Shown one piece after another: positions 19,446 to 28,915 of a DNA stretch of 64,000 nt. Where the stretch lies: contig RECU01000053.1 of NCBI GenBank assembly GCA_007693855.1, positions 21,559 to 85,558 of the forward strand, in the 5' to 3' direction. A program made the translations under genes and the position numbers. The notes below the pieces were generated by a model. That model saw only the letters and a program-made list of their open reading frames with translations. It made no database searches and was not told the DNA's origin. Every line of letters begins with the position of its first letter. Within the stretch, counting starts at the first letter, position 1. This stretch comes from Gammaproteobacteria bacterium (GTDB lineage: Bacteria; Pseudomonadota; Gammaproteobacteria; Steroidobacterales; PWYM01).

Positions 19446-22046
19446 TCAGGGGGCGCTCGGGCCTGCGAGCACGGCGTTGAGGAACAGGCGGTTGGCGGCG
19501 CGGTAATAGGCGCGGAAATTCGGGTCCTCGGCGAAGGCAATGATCCGGCCGCGGCCGACGCGCTCCTCGTAGGCATACAGCGCACCCGGCAGCCGAGCCT
19601 GGGACTCCTCCCAGAGGTGTCCGCTCCAGGCGAACGCGTCGCCCGTGGCGTAACGCACGCCCGGACGTCGCGCCGGCGCCGCCGGGCCCTCGGGCGCCAG
19701 CAGCAGGCGATCGGAATTGACCAGCGCGCGGAAGCCATCGGGCACGCCCGCGGTCAGCCAGTGGTGACGATCGAGCTGCGTGGCCACCATGGCCCCGGGA
19801 ACGCCGACACGCTGGGCCCCGGCATGCTCTTCCTCGTCATACCAGGAGCGGATGTCGGCGAGCTCCAGCTGTGCCGGCAGGACGCTGGCGGAACCCAGCG
19901 TCACCAGGGTGCCGCCATCGCGCACCCAGGCGGCCAGCCGCTCGAGCGCCGCTTCCCCGGCAATGCGGGTCAACGCCTCCGCATCGGTCAGCTCGGGGAT
20001 GACCAGGGTGTCGTAGTCGGCCAGCCGCACCGTGCCGAGCGAGCTCGCGCGCAGCACGGTGGGCGCGAGCTCGAACTGCTGGTCCAGGGTGAACCAGGCC
20101 CAGCCAAAGGAGTAGGCATTGACCGGTTCCTCGGCAAGCACCGCCACCCGCGGCTCGCGCAGATAGATCACATCGCCCGAACCGAGCGAGGGGTGGCGTC
20201 CCTCGGCCAGGCCCGTGTCGACCGGATCGATCACCAGCTCGAAGCGCTCGGCCACCGCCCGCACGTCCTCGTGGACGTGCGCCTCGGCCTGGCCGGCGTA
20301 GACGATGCCGGTGCCGGCGGCGTAGTCGCGACCTGCCAGCCGCGTCGCGCGGGTGAGCATCGCCACGCGGTGGCCACCGGCCTTCAGATGCATGAGGGCG
20401 GGCAGACCAGCCGCCTGAGCCCCGTCGATCAGGTAGGCATAGGCGGCGCGACCCGGCGGGCGGGCGCCTGGTACGGCCACCGATTCCACCACCGCCCGAG
20501 TTGCCAGCGTGCGGCCGTCGCTGCTGGCGTAGCCGTCGATGCCGTAAAGCAGCGGCAATGACCAGGCCGTGATGTCGTAGAAGCGCGGATTCTCGCCACG
20601 CTCGACGCGCTCGCGGGCCTCAGCCAGAAACGCCTCGGGCACCGTGATGCCGGCTTCGAGCAGGACCCGGACCAGACGGTTGCGCGGCTGCGCGGCCTCG
20701 ATCACGTAACTGCCGGCCGGGAAGCTGCGGTTCGCGAGACTCGCGCCGTGGCGATCGGTCAGCCCACGCAGACTGGTGCTCTCGGTGAGCGCCTGCACCT
20801 CTACACCCGATCGCAGCAGCAGGTTCACCACCTCCGCCAGCATGCGGGGGTCACCCGCCCCATCGGCAGGCAGCACATAGCGGCGGTTGCCATCGGCGCC
20901 GTCGGCAATGGCAGCACGATGGGCGGCCAGATAATCGCGCAGCAGCGCCTCGCGCTCCATCGCAGCCAGACCGAGGGCGGCCTCGAAGGCCAGGTACTGG
21001 TTACGCGTCGCGTCCGCCAGCGTCCGCACGGTCCCGTCCGGGCGGGTCAGCGCCAGGCCGCGGCTGCTGCCCTGCTCGTAGAGCATCCCCACCGCCCCCT
21101 GGTAGCTCAGCCACGAGGTCGTGTAGGCGGGGTAGAAAAAGTTGAAGCGCTCGCGGGTCATGTAATCGATCCCGGCGGCGTCAAAGCCCCGGGCATGCGC
21201 TTCGGCGAAGCGCTCGAACCACTGACTGGTGAAATCCGGAAAGAACGGACCGATCGGATCGGCCGGTGGATCGAAGTAGAACTCGACATCGGCGCCCATT
21301 TCGTGGGCGTCGATGCCCGCCTGTGGCCGCCAGTCGCGGAACACGGGCAGTCGCGCGCGGATCTCGGGATGCGTATGGGCGAACCAGTCACGGTTCAGGT
21401 CGAAAAAATAGTGACTGGTGCGAAACCCCAGGGCTTCCCAACGGGTGAAGTCGTTCGACCAGTCCTGGTTATCCGCATTGGGCTCGCGGCCCAGACGCAC
21501 ATGGTTGTGAGCGCCGAAGGCGTCACGGCCGTCAGGGTTCAGCACCGGATCGATGATGAGCACCACCTGATCGAGGATCCGCAGCGTGTCCTCATCGTCG
21601 GCACTGGCCAGCCGCTCGAGCATCTTCAGGCCGGCTTCCGAACCGGACAGCTCGAAGCCATGAATCGAGCCCCCATACCAGAACACTACCGGCTGGTCGG
21701 CGAGGATGGTGTCGGCCTCTTCCGCAGACAGCCCCCGAGGATCGCCAAGCCGCTGGGCACGGGCCTGGATCTCGTCGAGGCGGGCATGGTTCTCAGGCGA
21801 CGTGACGATCAGCTGCATCATCGCGCGGCCCTGCACGGACCGGCCGAGCGGCTCGAACTTCACCCTGTCGGAGGCCTCGGCCAGAGCACGCCCATAGGCC
21901 TCCATCTGCCAGGTCTTGGTGACCCGCTCACCCAGCGGGTGTCCGACCACCTCCTCGAAGACCGGCAGTTCTGCCAAGGCCTGGCCGGCGAGCCACAGGC
22001 AGAGCACAGGGACGGCAAGCAGACGACTCGGATTGAGCTGCGACAT
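19446..22046 (-). CDS. Secreted M14-family zinc carboxypeptidase with C-terminal glutamine-amidotransferase-like domain
   Basis: Signal peptide, SIHGFE (HxxE), LNPDGRD, DLNRDW, DAHEMG, YDITAWSLPL, WVRDGGTLV, FAEDPNFR; alternative TTG start at 22055. Confidence 0.85.
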   Translation of the reverse strand: MSQLNPSRLLAVPVLCLWLAGQALAELPVFEEVVGHPLGERVTKTWQMEAYGRALAEASDRVKFEPLGRSVQGRAMMQLIVTSPENHARLDEIQARAQRLGDPRGLSAEEADTILADQPVVFWYGGSIHGFELSGSEAGLKMLERLASADDEDTLRILDQVVLIIDPVLNPDGRDAFGAHNHVRLGREPNADNQDWSNDFTRWEALGFRTSHYFFDLNRDWFAHTHPEIRARLPVFRDWRPQAGIDAHEMGADVEFYFDPPADPIGPFFPDFTSQWFERFAEAHARGFDAAGIDYMTRERFNFFYPAYTTSWLSYQGAVGMLYEQGSSRGLALTRPDGTVRTLADATRNQYLAFEAALGLAAMEREALLRDYLAAHRAAIADGADGNRRYVLPADGAGDPRMLAEVVNLLLRSGVEVQALTESTSLRGLTDRHGASLANRSFPAGSYVIEAAQPRNRLVRVLLEAGITVPEAFLAEARERVERGENPRFYDITAWSLPLLYGIDGYASSDGRTLATRAVVESVAVPGARPPGRAAYAYLIDGAQAAGLPALMHLKAGGHRVAMLTRATRLAGRDYAAGTGIVYAGQAEAHVHEDVRAVAERFELVIDPVDTGLAEGRHPSLGSGDVIYLREPRVAVLAEEPVNAYSFGWAWFTLDQQFELAPTVLRASSLGTVRLADYDTLVIPELTDAEALTRIAGEAALERLAAWVRDGGTLVTLGSASVLPAQLELADIRSWYDEEEHAGAQRVGVPGAMVATQLDRHHWLTAGVPDGFRALVNSDRLLLAPEGPAAPARRPGVRYATGDAFAWSGHLWEESQARLPGALYAYEERVGRGRIIAFAEDPNFRAYYRAANRLFLNAVLAGPSAP

Positions 22047-22051
22047 GCCGA

Positions 22052-22639
22052 TCAACTCGCGAAATCGGCACGCAGCGCCGCGGCGGTGGCTGCATCGACC
22101 GGCTCGACAGCCACGCGGTAGTGGTCGTGATCGATACCCGCGGACAGCGCGGCGCCGTCACGGAAGGCCGTGATCATCTCCGGCGTGAACTCGAAACGCG
22201 CGAAATGCACCGACGAGGTTTTCTCATCGGTGGTGCGGTCGAGATCCTCGTTGCAGATCGGCGTCACGCGCTCGAAGCCCTCGACCTGCAGCCAGACGGC
22301 CTGCTCGATGCCGATCAGCTGGGCAAGGCGCTGGCGGCGCTCCTCGACATCGGGGAACTCCAGCATGAAGGTGGCCTTCAGATTGGTCCCGTCGGGGATC
22401 AGGGGGTTGTAGGCGGCGAGCTCGTCCTCGATGCCTTCCGGCTCGAAGACCCGCTCGATCCGCAGCATTTCCTGGACCTGGTATTGCAAGGTCAGGCGAT
22501 CCTCGAAATACAGCGTGGCATTGGCCCCAAGATGGATCTTGCGGTGCTGCTTGTGCTCGAGCACTCGGGCGCGAAACTCCGGACGGATGCGCGCGTACTC
22601 CTCGAGACTATAGAGATCCTGGTGGGTCAGTGTGTTCAT
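22052..22639 (-). CDS. DUF3501 family protein
   Basis: YSLEEY, YQVQEMLRIE, YNPLIP, KTSSVHF; position after rubrerythrin and the FeS oxidoreductase. Confidence 0.9.
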   Translation of the reverse strand: MNTLTHQDLYSLEEYARIRPEFRARVLEHKQHRKIHLGANATLYFEDRLTLQYQVQEMLRIERVFEPEGIEDELAAYNPLIPDGTNLKATFMLEFPDVEERRQRLAQLIGIEQAVWLQVEGFERVTPICNEDLDRTTDEKTSSVHFARFEFTPEMITAFRDGAALSAGIDHDHYRVAVEPVDAATAAALRADFAS

Positions 22640-22658
22640 TGAGACTCCTCGAGACTCC

Positions 22659-24005
22659 TCAGATGCCGTAGGCGTGCCGCAGCAGGGTCATCGGGTGGCT
22701 GGCCGTGACGCCCTCGGCACCGCTGGCGATCTGCTCGGCCGCCATCGGGCAGTCACTGGCGAAGTGGTCGGCCTTGGCATTGCCGACCCGACGCACCACC
22801 GGCTGGGCGATCTTGCGCGACACCTCGTGAAATTCCTTTTTCACCGCGTACGTGCCGTCGTGACCGGAGCAGCGCTCGATGGCCTCGACCTCGGTGTCCG
22901 GGACAAGTTTCAGCACGTCGCGGGTCTTCAGGCCGATGTTCTGGACCCTGAGGTGACAGGGGACCTGGTAGGCGACCTTGCCGAGACGCTCCGGGAACTC
23001 GGTGTTGAGCTTGCCGGCGCGGTGACGGGTCATCAGGTAATTGAACGGGTCCCACATCGCCGCCGCCACCTTCGCGACCTGCGCGTCGTCGGGGAACATC
23101 AGGGGGAGTTCCTGCTTGAACATCAAGACACACGAGGGCACCGGTGCGACGATGTCCCAGCCTTCGTCGACCAGTCGCGCAAGCTCGGGGACATTGACGT
23201 TCTTGGCCTGTTCCACGGCGTCCAGATCGCCCAGCTCGAGCTTCGGCATGCCGCAACACTTTTCGGTGGCGGCCAGACGGACAGGGATCGAGTTGTGCTG
23301 AAACACGGCGACCAGATCCTCGACCACCTGCGGCAGATTGCGATTGCCGTAGCAGGTCGTGAAGACGACGACGCGGCCACGGGTGGCCTCGTCGGGCTCG
23401 GCCCCGTCGCCGGGGGCGTCGATCAGCTCGGCCAGGCGCTTGCGGGCGGTGTTGCTGTGATACTCGGGCACCGGCGCGTCGGCATGCACGCCGAGCACAC
23501 CCTGCAGCAGCTTGCGCGCCGTGGCGTTGCGGTTGGCGGCGTTGACCGCCTGCACCACCACCGGGATCCCGGCCAGGCTGCCGACGGTTTCCGTGGCGGA
23601 GAGGATCTTGTCCCGGGTGGAGACCTTGCCGTCCTTGAACTTCTTCACCTTGGCCCGGAGCATGAGGTGCGGAAAGTCGACATTGAACGGGTGCGGCGGC
23701 ACATAGGGACATTTCGACATGTAACACATGTCGCAGAGATAGCAGTGATCCACGACCTCCCAGTAGGCCTTCTTCGGCACACTGTCGAGTTCACCCGTGT
23801 CGGATTCATCGACCGCGTCGAACAGGGTCGGGAAGGCGTGGCACAGGTTGAAGCAGCGCCGACAGCCGTGGCAGATGTCAAAAACGCGCTCCAGTTCACC
23901 GAACAGCGCGGGCTCATCGGTGAACTCAGGGGATTTCCAGTCCAGGGGGTGGCGCGTAGGGGCGTCGAGGCTGCCCTCACGCGGTGACTCGGGAGGCGTG
24001 GCCAT
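22659..24005 (-). CDS. Rubrerythrin-associated Fe-S oxidoreductase (HdrD/GlpC-like, CCG domains)
   Basis: REGSLDAPTRHPL N-terminus, CHGCRRCFNLC and CYLCDMCYMSKCP ferredoxin motifs, CCGMPK, RCSGHDG; start placed at the ATG at 24005. Confidence 0.92.
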   Translation of the reverse strand: MATPPESPREGSLDAPTRHPLDWKSPEFTDEPALFGELERVFDICHGCRRCFNLCHAFPTLFDAVDESDTGELDSVPKKAYWEVVDHCYLCDMCYMSKCPYVPPHPFNVDFPHLMLRAKVKKFKDGKVSTRDKILSATETVGSLAGIPVVVQAVNAANRNATARKLLQGVLGVHADAPVPEYHSNTARKRLAELIDAPGDGAEPDEATRGRVVVFTTCYGNRNLPQVVEDLVAVFQHNSIPVRLAATEKCCGMPKLELGDLDAVEQAKNVNVPELARLVDEGWDIVAPVPSCVLMFKQELPLMFPDDAQVAKVAAAMWDPFNYLMTRHRAGKLNTEFPERLGKVAYQVPCHLRVQNIGLKTRDVLKLVPDTEVEAIERCSGHDGTYAVKKEFHEVSRKIAQPVVRRVGNAKADHFASDCPMAAEQIASGAEGVTASHPMTLLRHAYGI

Positions 24006-24093
24006 GGGTGTCGGTCCTGGGTGTCGCTTAACAAGGGAAGCGGGGCAGACCGCGACTCGGCCCGCCCCGCCGCCAGGGCCTGTCGGCCCGGGA

Positions 24094-24513
24094 TCAGGCG
24101 TCGAGCTGATCCAGTGCCTTCTGGAAGCGGTTGGCGTGCGAGCGCTCGGCCTTGGCCAGCGTCTCGAACCAGTCGGCGATTTCGTCGAAGCCTTCGTCGC
24201 GGGCGGTCTTCGCCATTCCCGGGTACATGTCCGTGTACTCGTGGGTCTCGCCAGCGATGGCGGCCTTGAGGTTCTCGGCGGTCGCGCCCATCGGCAGCCC
24301 GGTGGCGGGATCGCCGACCCCTTCGAGGTATTCGAGATGCCCGTGCGCATGGCCGGTCTCGCCTTCGGCAGTCGACCGGAACACGGCGGCGACGTCGTTG
24401 TAGCCCTCAACGTCCGCCTTGGCGGCAAAGTACAGATAACGGCGGTTGGCCTGGGACTCGCCGGAGAAGGCCTCCTTGAGGTTCTGCTCGGTTTTGCTGC
24501 CCTTCAGTTCCAT
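24094..24513 (-). CDS. rbr: Rubrerythrin, short aerobic type without rubredoxin domain
   Basis: [39 protein letters not shown] diiron ligands; AAGGAG RBS 7 nt before the ATG at 24513. Confidence 0.95.
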   Translation of the reverse strand: MELKGSKTEQNLKEAFSGESQANRRYLYFAAKADVEGYNDVAAVFRSTAEGETGHAHGHLEYLEGVGDPATGLPMGATAENLKAAIAGETHEYTDMYPGMAKTARDEGFDEIADWFETLAKAERSHANRFQKALDQLDA

Positions 24514-24583
24514 GGTCATGCTCCTTAAAACTACTGCGATGGAGCCCGCAGCAGTGCCTTTGCAACACTGCTCACCGGGCGGT

Positions 24584-24598
24584 TTAGACTCAGTCTAA
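24584..24598. promoter_or_regulatory. 7-1-7 palindromic operator (Fur/PerR/Irr-like)
   Basis: TTAGACT-C-AGTCTAA perfect inverted repeat just downstream of the rbr -10 element. Confidence 0.75.
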
Positions 24599-24606
24599 GC
24601 ACGAGG

Positions 24607-24635
24607 AATCTAGCCCCCGCCTGAAGGCTTGTCAA
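24607..24635 (-). promoter_or_regulatory. sigma70 promoter of the rbr operon
   Basis: TTGACA (24635-24630), 17-nt spacer, TAGATT (24612-24607). Confidence 0.8.
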
Positions 24636-24789
24636 CTTGGCGGACGGGCCCGGCGCGCCGCGATGCCGCGGGCACGCAGGTCACGTTGACCGCCTCGCGG
24701 GCACTGTGTAGTGTCTCGCGGGGGCGAGGCTGGCCGTGGGTTGCCGTGGGTTGCCGCCCGCCCCGATGGATCCCCCCGGAGCGAGTTGC

Positions 24790-25062
24790 ATGTCACGCAA
24801 ACGCGTTGCCCCCGAAGCGCCCCCAGCCGAACCGCCCGCGGAGGCTGTCGATTTCGAGCAGGCGCTGGAGGCCCTGGAAGGCCTGGTGGAGCGTCTCGAA
24901 GGGGGCGAACTGCCGCTTGAACAGGCACTGTCGGCGTTCGAGGAAGGGGTGCGGCTGACCCGCGAATGCCAGCGCGCGCTGCGCGCGGCGGAGCAGAAGG
25001 TCGCGATGCTCACCGGCGAGGGGGAGACTGCCGAACCCGAGCCGTTCCAAGCTGCCGACTGA
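24790..25062 (+). CDS. xseB: Exodeoxyribonuclease VII small subunit
   Basis: [35 protein letters not shown]...AEQKV; xseB-ispA-dxs order. Confidence 0.96.
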   Translation: MSRKRVAPEAPPAEPPAEAVDFEQALEALEGLVERLEGGELPLEQALSAFEEGVRLTRECQRALRAAEQKVAMLTGEGETAEPEPFQAAD

Positions 25063-25063
25063 C

Positions 25064-25987
25064 ATGGCCCGCGACGGGAGCCGCGACCGGGTGGCAGACA
25101 GCGAGGATATCCTCACCGCGACCGCGTCGCTGCGAACACGTGTCGACGCGGCCCTCGACGCCGCGCTGGCACCTGGCGCGCGCCGGCCGCCACGGCTGCT
25201 CGAGGCGATGCGCTACAGCGTGCTGGCGCCCGGCAAACGGCTTCGCCCGGTGCTGTGCTATCTCGCGGGCCAGGCGCTGGGGGTGCCCCTGGCTCAGCTC
25301 GATGCCCCGGCCTGTGCCGTCGAGATGATCCATGCCTACTCGCTGATCCACGACGACCTGCCGTCCATGGATGACGACGATCTGCGCCGTGGTCGCCCAA
25401 CCTGCCATCGTGCCTTCGACGAAGCCACCGCAATCCTCGCCGGGGACGCCCTGCAGGCCAGGGCATTCGAGCTGCTCGCCACCGACCTGACGGGCGTCGC
25501 CCCGGCCGCGCGAGTGGCCCAGCTTCGGCGGCTGGCCGCCGCCAGCGGTATCGACGGCATGGCCGGAGGCCAGGCGCTGGACCTCGATGCCGAGACGCAA
25601 CAGCTGTCGCTGGAAGCGCTGGAAATCGTCCATCGCCACAAGACCGGTGCGCTGATCGAAGCCAGCGTGTTGATGGCGGCGGATCTCGCTGCCCCGGAGG
25701 CGTCTGTCGTCACCGCCCTGGCCCGCTATGCCAGCTGCGTCGGACTGGCCTTCCAGGTGCGCGACGACATTCTCGACGTGGAAGGGGACGAAGCCGCCAC
25801 CGGCAAGCGCAGCGGCGCAGACGCCCGACTGAACAAATCCACCTATCCGGCCCTGCTCGGCCTCGAAGGCGCCAAGCGCCAGGCCGATCAGCTGCTCGAC
25901 GAAGCGCTGAGCGCCCTCGCGCCGCTCGGGGACGCCGGCGCGCAGCTGCAGGCGCTGGCATGCTTCGTCATCGATCGGCGCCACTGA
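25064..25987 (+). CDS. ispA: Farnesyl diphosphate synthase / polyprenyl synthetase
   Basis: GKRLRP, HDDLPSMDDDDLRRG, GGQALD, HKTG, FQVRDDILD, KSTY. Confidence 0.95.
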   Translation: MARDGSRDRVADSEDILTATASLRTRVDAALDAALAPGARRPPRLLEAMRYSVLAPGKRLRPVLCYLAGQALGVPLAQLDAPACAVEMIHAYSLIHDDLPSMDDDDLRRGRPTCHRAFDEATAILAGDALQARAFELLATDLTGVAPAARVAQLRRLAAASGIDGMAGGQALDLDAETQQLSLEALEIVHRHKTGALIEASVLMAADLAAPEASVVTALARYASCVGLAFQVRDDILDVEGDEAATGKRSGADARLNKSTYPALLGLEGAKRQADQLLDEALSALAPLGDAGAQLQALACFVIDRRH

Positions 25988-26106
25988 CATCGGCCGCCCG
26001 GGACTGCGGCAAGCCACATTGGCAGGCGCGTCGCGCTGTCCCATAATGTTGACACATGCATGTTGCCCGGGCGCGACGACGCCCGGCGAGGCGGGGGTAA
26101 AAAGGC

Positions 26107-28008
26107 ATGAGTGAACAGGACCAGTTTCCGCTGCTGTCGACGATCGACAGTCCGGAGGATCTGCGCCGGCTCGATGAGGACGATCTGCATACCGTCGCCG
26201 ATGAGCTCCGGCAGTTTCTGATCCACACCGTCAGCGCCAAGGGGGGGCACTTCGCCGCCGGGCTCGGTACGGTGGAGTTGACCTGCGCCCTGCACTACGT
26301 GCTGGACACGCCGCGGGACAAGCTCGTCTGGGACGTCGGCCACCAGGCCTATCCCCACAAGGTGCTCACCGGCCGGCGCAGACAGCTGCCGACCATCAAG
26401 CGCCACAACGGACTTGCCCCGTTTCCAAAGCTCAAGGAAAGCCCGTACGACACCTTTGGCGTTGGCCACTCGAGCACCTCGATCAGTGCCGCACTGGGCT
26501 ATGCCATTGCCGCTCAACGCCTCGGCCAGGATCAGCACTCCGTCGCGGTGATCGGCGATGGCGCGCTCACTGCGGGCATGGCCTTCGAGGCCCTGAACCA
26601 CGCCGGCAGCCTGAACGTCAACCTGCTCGTGATCCTGAACGACAACGACATGTCGATTTCCGAGAACGTCGGCGCCATGTCGAACTACCTCGCCCGACTG
26701 CTCTCGGGCAAGCTCTACACCAACGTCCGCGAGGGCAGCAAGAAAGTCCTCGAGCTCATGCCCACCGTCTGGGAACTCGCGCGACGCTCGGAAGCGGCGG
26801 CCAAGGGCATCATCCTGCCCGGCACCATCTTCGAGGAAATGGGCCTGAACTACATCGGCCCGGTCGACGGACACGATCTCGGCACCCTGATCCGCACCCT
26901 GCGCAACGTGGTCGACCTGCAGGGGCCGCAGCTGCTGCACGTGGTCACCCGCAAGGGCAAGGGCTACAAGCCGGCCGAGCTCGACCCTATCACCTGGCAT
27001 GGCCCCGGTCCCTTTGATCCCGCCACCGGCGTGATCAACAAGAAAAAACCGAGTTCACCGACCTACTCGCAGATCTTCGGCAAATGGCTCTGCGACATGG
27101 CCGAGCGCGATGAGCGGATCATCGGCATCACCCCCGCGATGCGCGAGGGCTCGGGGATGGTGGAGTTCGAGCGCCGGTTCCCGGAGCGTTATTTCGACGT
27201 CGCGATTGCCGAACAGCATGCGGTAACGCTCGGTGCGGGCCTGGCCTGCGGCGGCATGAAGCCGGTGGTGGCCATCTACTCGAGCTTCCTGCAGCGTGGG
27301 TACGACCAACTGGTCCATGACGTCGCCATCCAGGACCTGCCGGTGGTCTTCGCCATCGATCGGGCCGGCCTGGTGGGCGGCGACGGGGCCACCCACCAGG
27401 GGGCCTATGACATCTCTTTCATGCGCTGTCTGCCGAACCTGGTGATCATGGCACCAGCCGACGAAAACGAGTGTCGCCAGATGCTCTACACCGGCTATAC
27501 GCTCGAGGGCCCCTCAGCAATCCGCTATCCGCGCGGACAGGGGCCGGGGGTGACGATCGAGGAGGAGATGGCGCCGCTGGCGATCGGCCGTGGCGAGGTC
27601 CGACGACGCGGGCACGGGCTGGCGCTGCTGGGATTCGGTGTCATGGTGGCCCCTGCCGAGCAGCTCGGCGCCGAATTTGGCGCCAGCGTCTGCAACATGC
27701 GGTTCGTGAAGCCGCTGGACGAGGCGCTGATCCTGGAGATGGCCCGCACGCACGACGCCCTGGTCACGCTCGAGGACAACGTGATCGCCGGCGGGGCCGG
27801 CAGCGCTGTCAACGAGGTGCTGGCGGCGCATGGGGTACAGGTGCCGGTGCTGAACATCGGCATTCCAGACAGCGTGATCGAGCACGGTTCGCGGGAGGAC
27901 AACCTCCGCGACGCCGGGCTGGACCTGGACAGCCTGCGCCTGCGAATCGCCGACTGGGCCCGGATCGAGGAGCGTCCCGCCCTGCAGCCCGCCTCGCCCG
28001 CAGTGTGA
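26107..28008 (+). CDS. dxs: 1-deoxy-D-xylulose-5-phosphate synthase
   Basis: [43 protein letters not shown]. Confidence 0.99.
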   Translation: MSEQDQFPLLSTIDSPEDLRRLDEDDLHTVADELRQFLIHTVSAKGGHFAAGLGTVELTCALHYVLDTPRDKLVWDVGHQAYPHKVLTGRRRQLPTIKRHNGLAPFPKLKESPYDTFGVGHSSTSISAALGYAIAAQRLGQDQHSVAVIGDGALTAGMAFEALNHAGSLNVNLLVILNDNDMSISENVGAMSNYLARLLSGKLYTNVREGSKKVLELMPTVWELARRSEAAAKGIILPGTIFEEMGLNYIGPVDGHDLGTLIRTLRNVVDLQGPQLLHVVTRKGKGYKPAELDPITWHGPGPFDPATGVINKKKPSSPTYSQIFGKWLCDMAERDERIIGITPAMREGSGMVEFERRFPERYFDVAIAEQHAVTLGAGLACGGMKPVVAIYSSFLQRGYDQLVHDVAIQDLPVVFAIDRAGLVGGDGATHQGAYDISFMRCLPNLVIMAPADENECRQMLYTGYTLEGPSAIRYPRGQGPGVTIEEEMAPLAIGRGEVRRRGHGLALLGFGVMVAPAEQLGAEFGASVCNMRFVKPLDEALILEMARTHDALVTLEDNVIAGGAGSAVNEVLAAHGVQVPVLNIGIPDSVIEHGSREDNLRDAGLDLDSLRLRIADWARIEERPALQPASPAV

Positions 28009-28078
28009 ACACCACCGACCCGCATCGGCGGGCCAGTGGTTTATACTGGGGCATCTAGCTTTCAGGCAAGGACGCGAC

Positions 28079-28915
28079 ATGAAGCAGATTCACATGGCAG
28101 AGCGCGCAGCCTCTCAGCCGCCTGATGTCCAGGGTGAGGCTGATCCTCGGCGTATCCCGATCGACCGCGTCGGTGTCCGCGGTCTCAGGCACCCACTGCA
28201 GGTGGAAGACCGCTCGGGACATCGCCAGGCCACCGTCGCCGAGCTGACCATGACGGTCTCGCTGGCCCACGACACCAAGGGCGCGCACATGTCGCGCTTC
28301 GTCGAGATGATCAACGAGCTCGGCGAGCCGCTGTCGGTGCGCAGCTTCCGGCGGCTGCTGGAAGGCATGACCGAGCGTCTCGAGGCACCGAACGGCGAGA
28401 TCGAGATCCGCTTCCCCTACTTCCGCCAGAAGCATGCGCCGGTCTCCGGAGTGGCGAGCCTGATGGATTACCGCGCCGCGTTCATCGGCCGACGCCATGA
28501 CGGGCACACCGATATCTGGCTGCAGGTGGCCGCGCCGGCCACCAGCCTCTGTCCCTGTTCGAAGAAGATCTCCGAGTACGGCGCGCACAACCAGCGCTCC
28601 GAGATCATGATCGAGGCCCGGATCGAGGACATCATCTGGCTGGAGGAATTGATCGAGATTGCGGAGGGCGCGGCCTCGGCGGAGGTCTATGGCGTGCTCA
28701 AGCGGACTGACGAGAAATACGTCACCGAGCAGGCTTACGACAACCCGAAGTTCGTCGAAGACATCCTGCGGGAACTGGCCATCGCGTTGGAGGCTGACGA
28801 GCGCATTCGTGCGTTCCGGATCAGCTGCGAGAACTTCGAGTCGATCCACAACCACTCGGCGTTCGCCGAGCTGGCCCGCGACAAGGACAAGGACAAGGAC
28901 GCAGCCCTCAGGTAG
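28079..28915 (+). CDS. folE2: GTP cyclohydrolase IB (FolE2)
   Basis: IDRVGV, KGAHMSRF, TSLCPCSK, AHNQRS, LKRTDEK, NPKFVED, ESIHNH. Confidence 0.96.
   Translation: MKQIHMAERAASQPPDVQGEADPRRIPIDRVGVRGLRHPLQVEDRSGHRQATVAELTMTVSLAHDTKGAHMSRFVEMINELGEPLSVRSFRRLLEGMTERLEAPNGEIEIRFPYFRQKHAPVSGVASLMDYRAAFIGRRHDGHTDIWLQVAAPATSLCPCSKKISEYGAHNQRSEIMIEARIEDIIWLEELIEIAEGAASAEVYGVLKRTDEKYVTEQAYDNPKFVEDILRELAIALEADERIRAFRISCENFESIHNHSAFAELARDKDKDKDAALR

Noticed and set aside
15608-22121. Long + strand ORFs of 684, 762 and 457 aa
   Set aside because: Antisense to parC, parE and the M14 peptidase; typical mirror-frame artefacts.
24006-24428. N-terminal extension of the FeS oxidoreductase over rbr, suggesting a frameshift fusion
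   Set aside because: rbr has its own stop at 24094, the oxidoreductase has its own ATG at 24005, and no slippery sequence was seen.
28880-28900. (GACAAG)3.5 repeat at the folE2 3' end
   Set aside because: In-frame DKDKDKD tail after the catalytic domain; it cannot cause phase variation and is likely neutral.
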